NCBI GenBank assembly: GCA_019659055.1
Contig: JAIFWV010000005.1
Coordinates: 1-47,975 of the forward strand
Direction of reading: 5' to 3'
Source of the DNA: Candidatus Doudnabacteria bacterium
Lineage (GTDB): Bacteria > Patescibacteriota > Doudnabacteria > UBA920 > O2-02-FULL-48-8
DNA length: 47,975 nucleotides
Both the position numbers and the translations under genes were made by a program. Below, in pieces: positions 23,878-33,428 of the stretch. How positions within the stretch are numbered: the stretch's first letter is position 1; every line of letters starts with the position of its first letter. The notes beneath the pieces were generated by a model. It ran no database searches and was not told the DNA's origin. It was given only the letters and a program-made list of their open reading frames with translations.

Positions 23878-24561
23878 ATGCCTACAAGAGTTAAAATTGG
23901 ACTTGCATTATGCATCGCCGTCGTTTTGGGATTTGCAGGATACGCAGCCTACCAAAAAGGGAATGTTAACGAAAGTTTTGTAAAAGAGATAAACCGCAAT
24001 CTTTCCGCTGGCGATCGAAAGATTTTTGAAGATCGGGTGGCTGATGCCAAGCAGAAATTGGCCAGTACCCAGACCGATGATGAGCGTTTTGGCTGGCAAA
24101 TGCAGATTGGATATAATCTCGAGGCTCTAGGGACTTTAAGCGAGGCTCAAGAGGCTTTTGAGCAGGCTGGTAAGATTAAACCAGATGAGGCTACGAGCTA
24201 CGCGGCTCTATCTCAGGTCCAACAGGAGCGGGGAAACTATGAAGGGGCTAAGGAAAGCATAAAAACGGCAATTTCAAAACAATCTACCAATCCTCAATAC
24301 TGGAAAAACTATGCCCAACTCGAAATTCAATATCTCCATGCGTCGAATGACATTATTTCCGCACTTTATTCCGAGGCAGTCGTAAAGACGAATAATAATA
24401 TTGATATCATTACTACGTACGCCGATTGGCTTGAGAAGGCAGGTAACCTCCAGGGATCCAAGGAGTATTGGCAGAAAGCGATCGTGATAAATCCGGCAGG
24501 AAAAAAAATATATCAAGCTGAGATTGATAAAATAAATAAACAACTGAAGGCCCAAGGGTAG
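23878..24561 (+). CDS. TPR-repeat protein with N-terminal anchor
   Basis: Helical repeats A...FEQA.KI.P, NPQYWKNYA, YWQKAIVINP. Confidence 0.85.
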   Translation: MPTRVKIGLALCIAVVLGFAGYAAYQKGNVNESFVKEINRNLSAGDRKIFEDRVADAKQKLASTQTDDERFGWQMQIGYNLEALGTLSEAQEAFEQAGKIKPDEATSYAALSQVQQERGNYEGAKESIKTAISKQSTNPQYWKNYAQLEIQYLHASNDIISALYSEAVVKTNNNIDIITTYADWLEKAGNLQGSKEYWQKAIVINPAGKKIYQAEIDKINKQLKAQG

Positions 24562-24607
24562 GGGAGGAATTATCAATTATCAAAATTCAAGGTTCACCGC
24601 GCCGCCT

Positions 24608-24653
24608 TTGACAACCCGATTTTGTGGGATTATGATTTAAGGTACTTATAAAC
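24608..24653 (+). promoter_or_regulatory. sigma70 promoter module, copy 2
   Basis: TTGACA-N17-TATGAT followed by TTAAGGTACTTATAAAC; homologous to 18230-18274. Confidence 0.75.
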
Positions 24654-24679
24654 AAGGGCGGATTACAAGGAAAAGGTAT

Positions 24680-24967
24680 ATGGCAACAGGTTCAACAAAA
24701 GGCGGCATGTTAACAAATGGCGATCTGGATAAGATTGCAGGTCTTTTGGACGATCGCATGGCTCCCTTGGCGACGAAGCTGGAGCTAAAGGACGAGATAA
24801 CCGGTTTAGAGAAAAATTTAAAGACTTATATGCATGAAGGTTTTGAAGCCGTTATGGCAGGAATGGATAGCTTATCAGAACAGTTGGCAGAAAAAGAGAA
24901 AGTGGACCGTTTAGTAGACTGGGCCAAAGAGGCTTCGAAGAAAATTGGAGTCAATCTTGATATTTGA
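24680..24967 (+). CDS. Small coiled-coil hypothetical protein
   Basis: LATKLEL motif; promoter upstream. Confidence 0.75.
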   Translation: MATGSTKGGMLTNGDLDKIAGLLDDRMAPLATKLELKDEITGLEKNLKTYMHEGFEAVMAGMDSLSEQLAEKEKVDRLVDWAKEASKKIGVNLDI

Positions 24968-24972
24968 ATTTT

Positions 24973-25134
24973 ATGGTTATTCACAAATGCGATTATTGTA
25001 ATAAGCAAATAAAAGATACCAAGCATAATGTCACGGTATGGTACGGTTTGCATTCAAAAGAATTCTGCGATACTTGTGGCAAGAAGATGTTAAGCAAACA
25101 AGGTCAGAAAATTATAACTCCGCCCCGCACTTAA
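24973..25134 (+). CDS. 53-aa zinc-ribbon protein (not in ORF track)
   Basis: MVIHKCDYCNKQI...EFCDTCGKK: two CxxC pairs. Confidence 0.6.
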   Translation: MVIHKCDYCNKQIKDTKHNVTVWYGLHSKEFCDTCGKKMLSKQGQKIITPPRT

Positions 25135-25211
25135 TGCATTTTTGACAACGGGATTTTCGTATAATATCATTTAGTTAATATTAAAAGGCGGCTGGAAGAG
25201 CCGTCTTTTTT

Positions 25212-25634
25212 ATGCAATATAGCGAAGAAAGTTCAATGATCAAGGTTCAAAGTTCAAATAATGTTCAATTACCAAATGATCAAAAAACCACAAAATTTGA
25301 TCTGGAGGAACGGACGCTTAAATTTAGTAAAGAAGTTCTTGTTCTTCTAAAAATTCTGCCAAAAACAATAATAAGTATGCCTTTAATAACACAGCTCGTG
25401 AGATCCGCAACCAGTATCGGGGCAAATTGTTGCGAAGCAACCGAAGCTGGTTCAAAAAAAGACTTTATAAACAAGATCACAATCGCGAAAAAAGAAGCCA
25501 AGGAAACCAGATATTGGCTAAAGCTTATGTTAGACCTATTCCCAGCCGAGAGTTTAAAAATTCAAAAGCTGTTACAAGAAGCCCAAGAATTGAACTTAAT
25601 CCTATCAGCTATTGTCCGCAATTCAAAAAATTGA
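25212..25634 (+). CDS. Four-helix-bundle (23S rRNA IVS-like) protein; true start may be further downstream
   Basis: FDLEERT..F, QLVRSATSIGAN..EA, SKKDF.NK..IA.KEA.ET.YWL. Confidence 0.92.
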   Translation: MQYSEESSMIKVQSSNNVQLPNDQKTTKFDLEERTLKFSKEVLVLLKILPKTIISMPLITQLVRSATSIGANCCEATEAGSKKDFINKITIAKKEAKETRYWLKLMLDLFPAESLKIQKLLQEAQELNLILSAIVRNSKN

Positions 25635-25680
25635 ACATTGGATAATTATTTGAATATTGAATTTTGAAGTTTGAAAATTT

Positions 25681-25705
25681 AAAACCGCTTTGCAGCGGTT
25701 TTTTT
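25681..25705. terminator. Bidirectional terminator
   Basis: AAAACCGC-tttgca-GCGGTTTTTTT. Confidence 0.8.
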
Positions 25706-25712
25706 ATTGGCT

Positions 25713-26102
25713 TTAGGATTTGGAAAGGATTTTTTTGACTTCCTCAAGAATGTCCTCTGTGGTGTGGTAAGCCTTGACCATAAACTGTTCGATGGAGAGC
25801 TTTTTTGTCCGTTCTATGTCTTCTTTACTCCAGAGGTTAGAAAGTATGATGACTTTGGTATTGGCAAGTTTGCTATCCGCACTCTTGCGCATGGTCTCGA
25901 GCACGGTGAAGCCATCCATTTCGGGCAACATGAGGTCGAGGAGCACCAGATCTGGCTTTTCTTTGGTCCAGGTCGCTACGGCCTTCTTGCCGTCGTCGGC
26001 CTCCACGACTTTGTATCCAAACGAGTTGAGTTTGGAGACGACTATTTCGCGCATGGTAATATCGTCCTCCACGACCAGTATTTTTTTGTTTTTCTCGGGC
26101 AT
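25713..26102 (-). CDS. Stand-alone response regulator receiver
   Basis: ILVVEDD, PDLVLLDLMLPEMDG, VIILSN, K. Confidence 0.93.
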   Translation of the reverse strand: MPEKNKKILVVEDDITMREIVVSKLNSFGYKVVEADDGKKAVATWTKEKPDLVLLDLMLPEMDGFTVLETMRKSADSKLANTKVIILSNLWSKEDIERTKKLSIEQFMVKAYHTTEDILEEVKKILSKS

Positions 26103-26229
26103 TATTTACCTAACAAATGAATTTTGGTGTCTTTTTGACCCCGTTTAATAGGACAATATATATTATAGTACAAAATTGATTTTTTGGTAAGTTTAAGGTA
26201 AAATAAATACGATTTCACTATAATATTCT

Positions 26230-27003
26230 ATGATAAACGACGAGCGATCGCCGCAGGTTCCGAATCAGAAACAAAACCCAATTTCTAGATCGCAAGCCTT
26301 ACCTGGTTGGAAAACCGACGTACAAACTAAATCAGAAGTTCAAGCGGGCGATGAGACCGGCTTTTTTGGGGCAATCGTAACAAATTTTACCCAGATTCTC
26401 ATTCGTATCATCAGCCGCATACTTCTGCCGCTTTTGTCTAAGATTGAGGTCCGGTCTGAGGGGTTTGAAGATAAAGACATTAAACCCTTGATCTTTATCT
26501 CAAATCACAAAAGTTATTTTGACGCTCTGGTAATCGCATATTCGTTCCCGTTTTTTTCTAAGATATTCCCTTTGCGCTTTATTACTTGGGACAGATTTTT
26601 TCAAGGATTTTTCTCGAGAATCCTGTTCCGATCCATGGGCAGTTACCCGGCCTACTATGGCCAGGGGATAGAGAGGTCCTTGCAAACCCCGCGCGAGATT
26701 CTCAAAAATCGAGGGGCAGTAGTATTTTTTATCGAGGGTTCGTGTTTCCGCGACGATGAATTGCATCCAGCCAAACCCGGCGCGGCAATTCTGGCTCTGC
26801 GCTCACCTGATGCCAAAATTTTGCCGTTTGCTATCCGCGGATCTTACAAGATCGGAAGACTCTTCCGCCGGCCGCAAGTTCAAACGACTATCGGCAAGCC
26901 GTTTTATTTGAAAGACAAGATAGATATAACCACATCTACCCCCGAACAGGTATCTGAGTTATTTATGAACGAAATCAGTAATTTGTACGGAGATCTTAGA
27001 TAA
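26230..27003 (+). CDS. PlsC-like lysophospholipid acyltransferase
   Basis: NHKSYFD (Hx4D), FFIEG, PFAIRG. Confidence 0.88.
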   Translation: MINDERSPQVPNQKQNPISRSQALPGWKTDVQTKSEVQAGDETGFFGAIVTNFTQILIRIISRILLPLLSKIEVRSEGFEDKDIKPLIFISNHKSYFDALVIAYSFPFFSKIFPLRFITWDRFFQGFFSRILFRSMGSYPAYYGQGIERSLQTPREILKNRGAVVFFIEGSCFRDDELHPAKPGAAILALRSPDAKILPFAIRGSYKIGRLFRRPQVQTTIGKPFYLKDKIDITTSTPEQVSELFMNEISNLYGDLR

Positions 27004-27857
27004 TGGAAGCAAAAGTTTTCGAACATGAGACAATGGAAAAACATCCTTCATATGTAAGACTTATGAGAGTTGTTACAGTCCCTATTTTAAATGCAATCCC
27101 CGCAAAATTCCTACAAAGAGTGATTAGAAAAACTAGCTCTTACGCCAAAAAAGTTATAGAACAGCCCGGGAGTACTCATTCTCTTGAGGCAATGTATACA
27201 AAAGAAAAGAAGGCCAAAGCCGCAGACACATTCTGGCATAATATTGTTTCCCAGCCTAAAGCTATACGAAATAGACTGAAAATAGTAGAAATGGTTTTAG
27301 AAAACGAAATTGCTGAGAGGAAAAAGAAAAGTAATGCACTACAAATTTATAACATAGGCGGCGGTTCATCACGTGCCATAATTCAAGTTGTTAGTAGAGA
27401 GCTGACCGAGTCTAACTTACAAATTAGAGTCACAACAGTAGACCGTGATAAAAAAGCTTTAGAATTAGGGAGAAAAATTGCATTGGACCACAACATCGAG
27501 GGTTTGTTCACTTGGATAGAAGGTGATGCTCGGAACTTAGAAAATCTTGTAGATGCTAATAATGCTGATGTTGTCGAAATGGTAGGGCTGTTAGATTATT
27601 TTGATTTTGATGGGTCAATACAATTAATTAAACAGATCCGTAACTGTTTAAAACCCGGTGGTTTATTCATCGTGGCAAATGTACATCCGAATTCCGAATC
27701 CAAATTTGTTGAAAACGTGGGATGGCCAAAGATGTTTTACAAAACTGCCGAAGAGATGGGTCGTATTTTATCAGCAGCAGGTTTCAAGGAAGAAGAAGTT
27801 ACTCTTCATTTTGAACCCTTAATGGTCCACTTGGTTGGGGTAGCACGCAAAACATAA
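27003..27857 (+). CDS. Class I SAM-dependent methyltransferase
   Basis: IYNIGGGSSR, VDRD, EGDA, EMVGLLDY, LKPGGLFIVAN. Confidence 0.85.
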   Translation: MEAKVFEHETMEKHPSYVRLMRVVTVPILNAIPAKFLQRVIRKTSSYAKKVIEQPGSTHSLEAMYTKEKKAKAADTFWHNIVSQPKAIRNRLKIVEMVLENEIAERKKKSNALQIYNIGGGSSRAIIQVVSRELTESNLQIRVTTVDRDKKALELGRKIALDHNIEGLFTWIEGDARNLENLVDANNADVVEMVGLLDYFDFDGSIQLIKQIRNCLKPGGLFIVANVHPNSESKFVENVGWPKMFYKTAEEMGRILSAAGFKEEEVTLHFEPLMVHLVGVARKT

Positions 27858-27863
27858 AAACAA

Positions 27864-29507
27864 ATGGTAGAGATATTTGCAAAAATCGGCCTCATAAATT
27901 GCATTGTCGCAACGTTTTTGATGATGCAAATTTTAGTTAGGGCAAGGAAAGACCTTGCCAACTGGACATTTGCCTTTCTGGCTTTTTCCATTTCGTTTTG
28001 GTCATTCGGATACTGGGAATGGTTGAGCCAATCAAATGCGTCTTCAGCGTTGTTGTGGGTAAAGGTATTTACCGTCGGATCAATCTTAATCCCTGTATTC
28101 TATTTTTTCTGGTCAGTAACTCTCATGGGAGTTGTAAAAAGATATGTTGTGCATTTATGTGGTCTGGGAGTACTGAGTTTATTTTTAATCTACCATACGT
28201 TCCGCACTGATTTAGTTGTCGAAGGGCTACAAAGAAAACTAATTTTTCCTTTCTGGCCTCAAGCCGGGAGTCTCTATATTTATTACGTTTTATTTCTTTA
28301 TTTAGGTATAATTTCCTTTTCTCTATTTGTCCAATATAGTGTTTACAAAAATACTAAAGATCAAAATTTAAAAAGCCAGATCCGATATATATTCTGGGGG
28401 TCTGTCCTCGGCTTTGGTGGCGGTTTAACTAATTTTTTCTTGTGGTACAACATATTTGTTCCGCCTTATTTTAATTTTCTTCCTGCCGTAGGCTTGATCA
28501 TGTTCTACTATGCGGCTTCAAAGCATAGCTTATTTAATATCAAAGTTATCGCTACCGAGTTCTTTATTTATGTCTTATGGATTGCACTTCTAGCGAGATT
28601 GGTTTTCTCAGTTTCTGTCCAAGATGTGATTATAAATGGGATTGCACTGGTACTTGTATTCATAATTGGCTTACAGCTATTCAAAAGCGTCAGAAAAGAA
28701 GTAGAACAGCGGGAGCAGTTGGAGAAATTAGATAAAGAACTCGAAGCGGCCAATGAACAATTGAAACAGCTGGATAAAGCGCGGGCGGAGTTTATCTCGA
28801 TTGCCAGTCATCAGCTCCGTACGCCGCCGGCAACTATCAAATGGTATCTGGCCGCTATTACCGGGGGAGATTTTGGCCCTGTGAATGCGCGTGCAGCAAA
28901 GGCGATTCAGACCGCGGAGATGACCAACAATAGTCTCATCTCATTGATCGATGATCTGCTCAATGCCTCACGCATTGAGCGCGGCAAGATGGAATTCTTC
29001 TTTGAGCCCACGGATATAGTAAAAATTACTCAAATTACTGTGGATCAGCTCACGCCTCAGGCTTTGCAGAGGAAACAGAAGCTGGTTTTTGCCACCCCCA
29101 AGATCGATTTGCCGCAAATCAAAGCCGATCGTGAAAAATTGCGCCAGGTTATAAACAACCTTATAGATAATGCCATCAAGTATACGCCAGTTGAGGGCGT
29201 GATCACCGTCCGGCTGGAAAAGACAGCTGATGGTATTTTTATCAAAGTCACCGATACAGGCCGAGGAGTGAAACCTGAAGAACGCAAAAATATCTTTACC
29301 AAATACGACCGCGGCGGACGCAAAATGGATTCCCAGGGCTTGGGATTGGGGCTCTATGTCGCTAGGGTTGTCGTAGAACAGCACAAGGGCAAGATCTGGG
29401 TGGAGAGCCCCGGTGAAGGGAAGGGCTCGACATTTGTGATCCAACTGCCGATAAAAAATGATTTGGAAGAGACATCGACATTTGATCTGGTGAAGAAAGC
29501 AAGCTAA
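27864..29507 (+). CDS. Sensor histidine kinase with N-terminal 7TM domain
   Basis: Multi-TM N-terminus; SHQLRTP (H box), NLIDNAIKY, DTGRG, GLGLGL, GKGSTF. Confidence 0.93.
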   Translation: MVEIFAKIGLINCIVATFLMMQILVRARKDLANWTFAFLAFSISFWSFGYWEWLSQSNASSALLWVKVFTVGSILIPVFYFFWSVTLMGVVKRYVVHLCGLGVLSLFLIYHTFRTDLVVEGLQRKLIFPFWPQAGSLYIYYVLFLYLGIISFSLFVQYSVYKNTKDQNLKSQIRYIFWGSVLGFGGGLTNFFLWYNIFVPPYFNFLPAVGLIMFYYAASKHSLFNIKVIATEFFIYVLWIALLARLVFSVSVQDVIINGIALVLVFIIGLQLFKSVRKEVEQREQLEKLDKELEAANEQLKQLDKARAEFISIASHQLRTPPATIKWYLAAITGGDFGPVNARAAKAIQTAEMTNNSLISLIDDLLNASRIERGKMEFFFEPTDIVKITQITVDQLTPQALQRKQKLVFATPKIDLPQIKADREKLRQVINNLIDNAIKYTPVEGVITVRLEKTADGIFIKVTDTGRGVKPEERKNIFTKYDRGGRKMDSQGLGLGLYVARVVVEQHKGKIWVESPGEGKGSTFVIQLPIKNDLEETSTFDLVKKAS

Positions 29508-29511
29508 TGCT

Positions 29512-29826
29512 ATGAAATTGCTTTTTGGCTTAATTATCGGTTTTATAGGCGGTGTGATCGTCGTTTTGATTTTCCGGTCGAGAGCCCGCAAGATGGCAGA
29601 AAGAAAACTTGCGCCCAACCAAAAACAAACAGAGATTTTTGAAACTCATTTGCAAAGCATCATAGAATATATGCGTACACACCTGGAGATCGACAATGCC
29701 CGCGTGGAAGCCATGCTACAGGTTTCGCCATCCACGGCCGAGCGCTACCTAGATACGCTTGAGCGGAGGGGATTACTCGTACAGATGGGCAAGACCGGTC
29801 AAAGCGTGGTCTATAGAAATGCTTAA
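29512..29826 (+). CDS. Membrane-anchored protein with C-terminal winged HTH
   Basis: TM, then IDNARVEAML.VS.STAERYL..LE..G...Q.GK.G..V.Y. Confidence 0.75.
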   Translation: MKLLFGLIIGFIGGVIVVLIFRSRARKMAERKLAPNQKQTEIFETHLQSIIEYMRTHLEIDNARVEAMLQVSPSTAERYLDTLERRGLLVQMGKTGQSVVYRNA

Positions 29827-29838
29827 ATTCCCTAAGCC

Positions 29839-29869
29839 TGAACACCTCACCTTTAAGGTGAGGTGTTCA
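29839..29869 (+). terminator. Hairpin, probable terminator
   Basis: TGAACACCTCAC-ctttaag-GTGAGGTGTTCA followed by TATTTTT. Confidence 0.65.
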
Positions 29870-29964
29870 TATTTTTGCTGTTGATAAGCATTTTGACAAC
29901 AAGGTAACTTTGTCTTATAATAAATGCAAGTTTGAGTAGCGTTTTTTCAGAAACAAAGAATAAA

Positions 29965-31716
29965 ATGTCCATTGATAGACAAGATCTCAAAAAGATCTTG
30001 GTCGCAAAAAAAATAGTGGCGCCGAAGGCCTGGGATGACCTGGCCAAAGAAGCCGATTTGAAGAACGAGCAGATCACAGACCTGGTCGTTGAGAAGAAGC
30101 TGATCGACGGCGAAGACCTGTCGCGTTTGATCGCGGCTTTTTATGATGTCGAATACGCCGACCTCAAAGAAATCAACGAAATTCCTAAGGACATTCTGCT
30201 TTTAGTGCCGGAACCAATTGCGCGCCGCTATGGCGTGATCGCTTTTGGCCGCGACGGCGATAAACTCAAGCTCGGGATGATCGATCCGGAGGATCTAGAA
30301 ACCCGTGAATCGATCAAAAAGAAAAGTGATCTGACTGTGGTTCCTTATTTTATTTCCAAAAGCTCTCTGGATTATGCGCTCAAGCAGTATCATAACTCCC
30401 TGGAAGCAGAATTCGCCAAAATCGTTGACAAAAAAGACGAGTCCAATGACAGCAAGGAACCAGAGTCGGTTAACGCCAAGCTCAAGGAGATGGCGCAGGA
30501 GATCCCAGTCGTTCGTGTGGTGGATACACTGCTTGAATACGCGATTTTTGAGAAAGCCTCCGACGTCCACATCGAACCGCAAGAGCAAGAAGTCATGGTC
30601 CGGTATCGTATCGACGGCGTCTTGCACGATGTCATGACCCTGCCCAAGGTCATTCAGCCGGCGCTGATTGCGCGCATTAAGGTTTTGTCCAACCTCAAAA
30701 TCGACGAGCACCGCTTGCCGCAAGACGGCCGGTTTAAACTCGAAAAAGATGAGTATAAGATTTCCTTCCGTGTCTCCACGATCCCAATTTTTGACGGCGA
30801 GAAGGTCGTTATTCGTTTGCTCGACGAATCAGCCAAGGCTTTGAGTTTGGAGGAGCTCGGGTTCATCCACAGCAATTACGAAATCATTATGCGCAATATC
30901 AAAAAACCCCACGGCGCGCTACTTGTGACCGGTCCGACCGGGTCTGGTAAATCCACGACTCTATATACGATTTTGTCCATGCTCAATACCAAAAACGTGA
31001 ATATCTCAACCATCGAAGACCCGATTGAATATCATATGACCGGCGTCAACCAGATGCAGGTCAATCCCAAAATTGGCCTGACGTTTGCCATGGGCTTACG
31101 TGCTCTCCTGCGCCAAGATCCAAACGTCATTATGATTGGTGAAATCCGCGACGCCGAAACCGCCGAGGAAGCGGTCCACGCGGCACTCACCGGACACATA
31201 GTGCTCTCGACTATTCACACCAACAACGCTGCCGGCGCCCTGCCTCGTCTGCTTGATATCGGCGTCGAGCCGTATTTGATCGCCTCGACTCTCAACGTCG
31301 TCGTCGGCCAGCGCCTCACGCGCCAGATCTGCCCAGACTGCAAAGAAGAATACAAGATCGACAAGGAAACCGAAGACAGCCTCAAGCGGGATTTCAATTT
31401 GCCCAACTTGCTTGAAGTTCTCAAACGCGAGCAGATAATCGACAAGAAAATTACGAGCCTGACCGAATTGGGATTTTTCCGCGGCAAGGGCTGTGAGAAA
31501 TGCAGTCACACCGGCTACAAAGGACGCAAAGGTATCTACGAAGTCTTGGAAGTTACCACGACTATTCAGGAACTAATTTTGAAACACGCTCCGACTTCTC
31601 AGCTCCAGGAAAAAGCTGTGGAGGAGGGGATGATCCTTATGTGGCAGGACGGATTTATCAAATGCCTCAAAGGGGCCACGACTATCGAAGAAGTACTGAG
31701 AGTCTCTAAGGAATAA
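29965..31716 (+). CDS. pilB: Type IV pilus assembly ATPase (GspE/PilB family)
   Basis: ASDVHIEP, RLPQDGR, GPTGSGKSTT, EDPIEY, LRQDPNVIMIGEIRD, TGHIVLSTIH. Confidence 0.95.
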   Translation: MSIDRQDLKKILVAKKIVAPKAWDDLAKEADLKNEQITDLVVEKKLIDGEDLSRLIAAFYDVEYADLKEINEIPKDILLLVPEPIARRYGVIAFGRDGDKLKLGMIDPEDLETRESIKKKSDLTVVPYFISKSSLDYALKQYHNSLEAEFAKIVDKKDESNDSKEPESVNAKLKEMAQEIPVVRVVDTLLEYAIFEKASDVHIEPQEQEVMVRYRIDGVLHDVMTLPKVIQPALIARIKVLSNLKIDEHRLPQDGRFKLEKDEYKISFRVSTIPIFDGEKVVIRLLDESAKALSLEELGFIHSNYEIIMRNIKKPHGALLVTGPTGSGKSTTLYTILSMLNTKNVNISTIEDPIEYHMTGVNQMQVNPKIGLTFAMGLRALLRQDPNVIMIGEIRDAETAEEAVHAALTGHIVLSTIHTNNAAGALPRLLDIGVEPYLIASTLNVVVGQRLTRQICPDCKEEYKIDKETEDSLKRDFNLPNLLEVLKREQIIDKKITSLTELGFFRGKGCEKCSHTGYKGRKGIYEVLEVTTTIQELILKHAPTSQLQEKAVEEGMILMWQDGFIKCLKGATTIEEVLRVSKE

Positions 31717-31812
31717 ATTTCAATGTTCAAGATTCAAATTTCAAATAATTTTCAAACACCAAAAGTTCAAACATTTGAATTTTGGGTCTTGAATTTTGGG
31801 ACTTTGTAAACC

Positions 31813-33027
31813 ATGCCTGAATTTTCATATTCCGCCCGCACTAAAAATGGAGAAATGGAACGAGACGTTTTGGTCGCGGTCAATTCCAAAGCCGCGGCCG
31901 AGGCCTTGCGTGCCAAAGGCTTGATGCCGACCTCGATTGCCCCGGTTCGGCCGACGCTTAATTTTTCTTCGATTACGGAATCGCTGACGAAAATCAAGAT
32001 GATTGATAATATCACCTTTATCAATAATCTTTCCGTCATGATCAAATCCGGTTTGCCGGTGTCGCGCGCACTCAAAATTTTGGTCGAGCAGACCACCAAT
32101 GCCCGGCTCGCCAAAATTATTGCCAATGTCCACCAGCAAGTCGAGTCCGGCACGTCGCTGGCCGACGCGCTGACTAAATTTCCCAAAGTTTTTTCCCCGA
32201 TTTTCGTGAGCATGGTCCGTGTCGGCGAGGTTTCCGGTAATTTGGATCAATCACTGTCGTACTTGGCCGTCCAATTGAAGAAAGACTATGACTTGGTCTC
32301 TAAAGCCCGAGGTGCGATGATGTATCCGTTGGTCGTCTTGGTGGTCTTGGCCTTAGTCGGGTTTGCCATGTTTACGTTTGTCTTGCCGAAACTGACGGCA
32401 ACCTTCGTGGAATTCAACATCAAACTGCCGATTACGACCCGGATTGTTATTGCCATCGTCAATATTTTTGCCCACTATGGGATTCTGGTCATGATCGGCT
32501 TTTTTGCCGCGATTTTTGGGTTCCTTTACTGGCGCAAAACTGATTCCGGTCACACTGTTATCCATAAGCTCATCCTTTATGTTCCGGTAATTGCTCCGAT
32601 TGTGAAAAAAATTAATTTGGCGCGGTTTATAAGCGTCTTTTCGGCACTCCTCAAATCGGGCATGCCGATTGTAGATGCGCTGGAAATTTCTTCGCACGTT
32701 GTCGGCAATATTTATTATCAGAAAGTGATTGCCGATGCCGCGGCCAAAATCAAAATCGGCTCGGCTCTGTCCACAGGCTTCACCAAAGAACCGCAATTGT
32801 TCCCGCCGCTGGTGGTGCAGATGATGCAAGTCGGGGAAGAATCGGGGACCACCGAAACCGTGCTCAACGAGGTTGCACTTTTTTATGAAAACGACGTTGA
32901 CCAAACGATGAAAAACATGTCTTCGATTTTGGAGCCGGTCCTCATGGTCATTATCGGTATTGTCGTTGGATTTTTGGCGGTATCACTTATCACCCCGATT
33001 TATCAAATCACTCAGAACATAGGCTAA
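31813..33027 (+). CDS. pilC: Type IV pilus platform protein (GspF/PilC family)
   Basis: GEVSGNLD, AMMYP, GEESG..., LEPVLM. Confidence 0.95.
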   Translation: MPEFSYSARTKNGEMERDVLVAVNSKAAAEALRAKGLMPTSIAPVRPTLNFSSITESLTKIKMIDNITFINNLSVMIKSGLPVSRALKILVEQTTNARLAKIIANVHQQVESGTSLADALTKFPKVFSPIFVSMVRVGEVSGNLDQSLSYLAVQLKKDYDLVSKARGAMMYPLVVLVVLALVGFAMFTFVLPKLTATFVEFNIKLPITTRIVIAIVNIFAHYGILVMIGFFAAIFGFLYWRKTDSGHTVIHKLILYVPVIAPIVKKINLARFISVFSALLKSGMPIVDALEISSHVVGNIYYQKVIADAAAKIKIGSALSTGFTKEPQLFPPLVVQMMQVGEESGTTETVLNEVALFYENDVDQTMKNMSSILEPVLMVIIGIVVGFLAVSLITPIYQITQNIG

Positions 33028-33428
33028 TGCTGACTTCCAAATCAAAATCCGGGCAAGAAGGCATGAGCGTGATTGAAATCATGGTCGCCGTGTTTTTAAT
33101 TTTCGTCATGTTTGTGGTTTACCTCTCAGCGCTAAACACGATCAAACTCATCAAGCAAAGCAATTATTCCGACCGGGCTTACCATATTGCCAATAAGCAA
33201 ATGGAAGATATCCGCGCGATTCCCTTTGCCTCAATAACCAACGGCACAACTCCGATCAGCGATCCTGAGCTTACCAGTCTGCCTTTGGGAACGGGGAGTT
33301 ATACTATTACTGACAACGGGGCTATGACCGGAGTTAAGGACGTGGTTGTGACTGTGAGCTGGACCGACAGCAATACTAAGTCGGTGGTTTTGCAGACTCG
33401 GATTGGCAATGGGGGGATCAACCCATGA
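33027..33428 (+). CDS. Type IV pilin-like protein
   Basis: G-MSVIEIMVAV prepilin cleavage motif. Confidence 0.85.
   Translation: MLTSKSKSGQEGMSVIEIMVAVFLIFVMFVVYLSALNTIKLIKQSNYSDRAYHIANKQMEDIRAIPFASITNGTTPISDPELTSLPLGTGSYTITDNGAMTGVKDVVVTVSWTDSNTKSVVLQTRIGNGGINP

Noticed and set aside
25212-25634. Diversity-generating retroelement (Avd-like fold)
   Set aside because: No reverse transcriptase and no template/variable repeat pair seen
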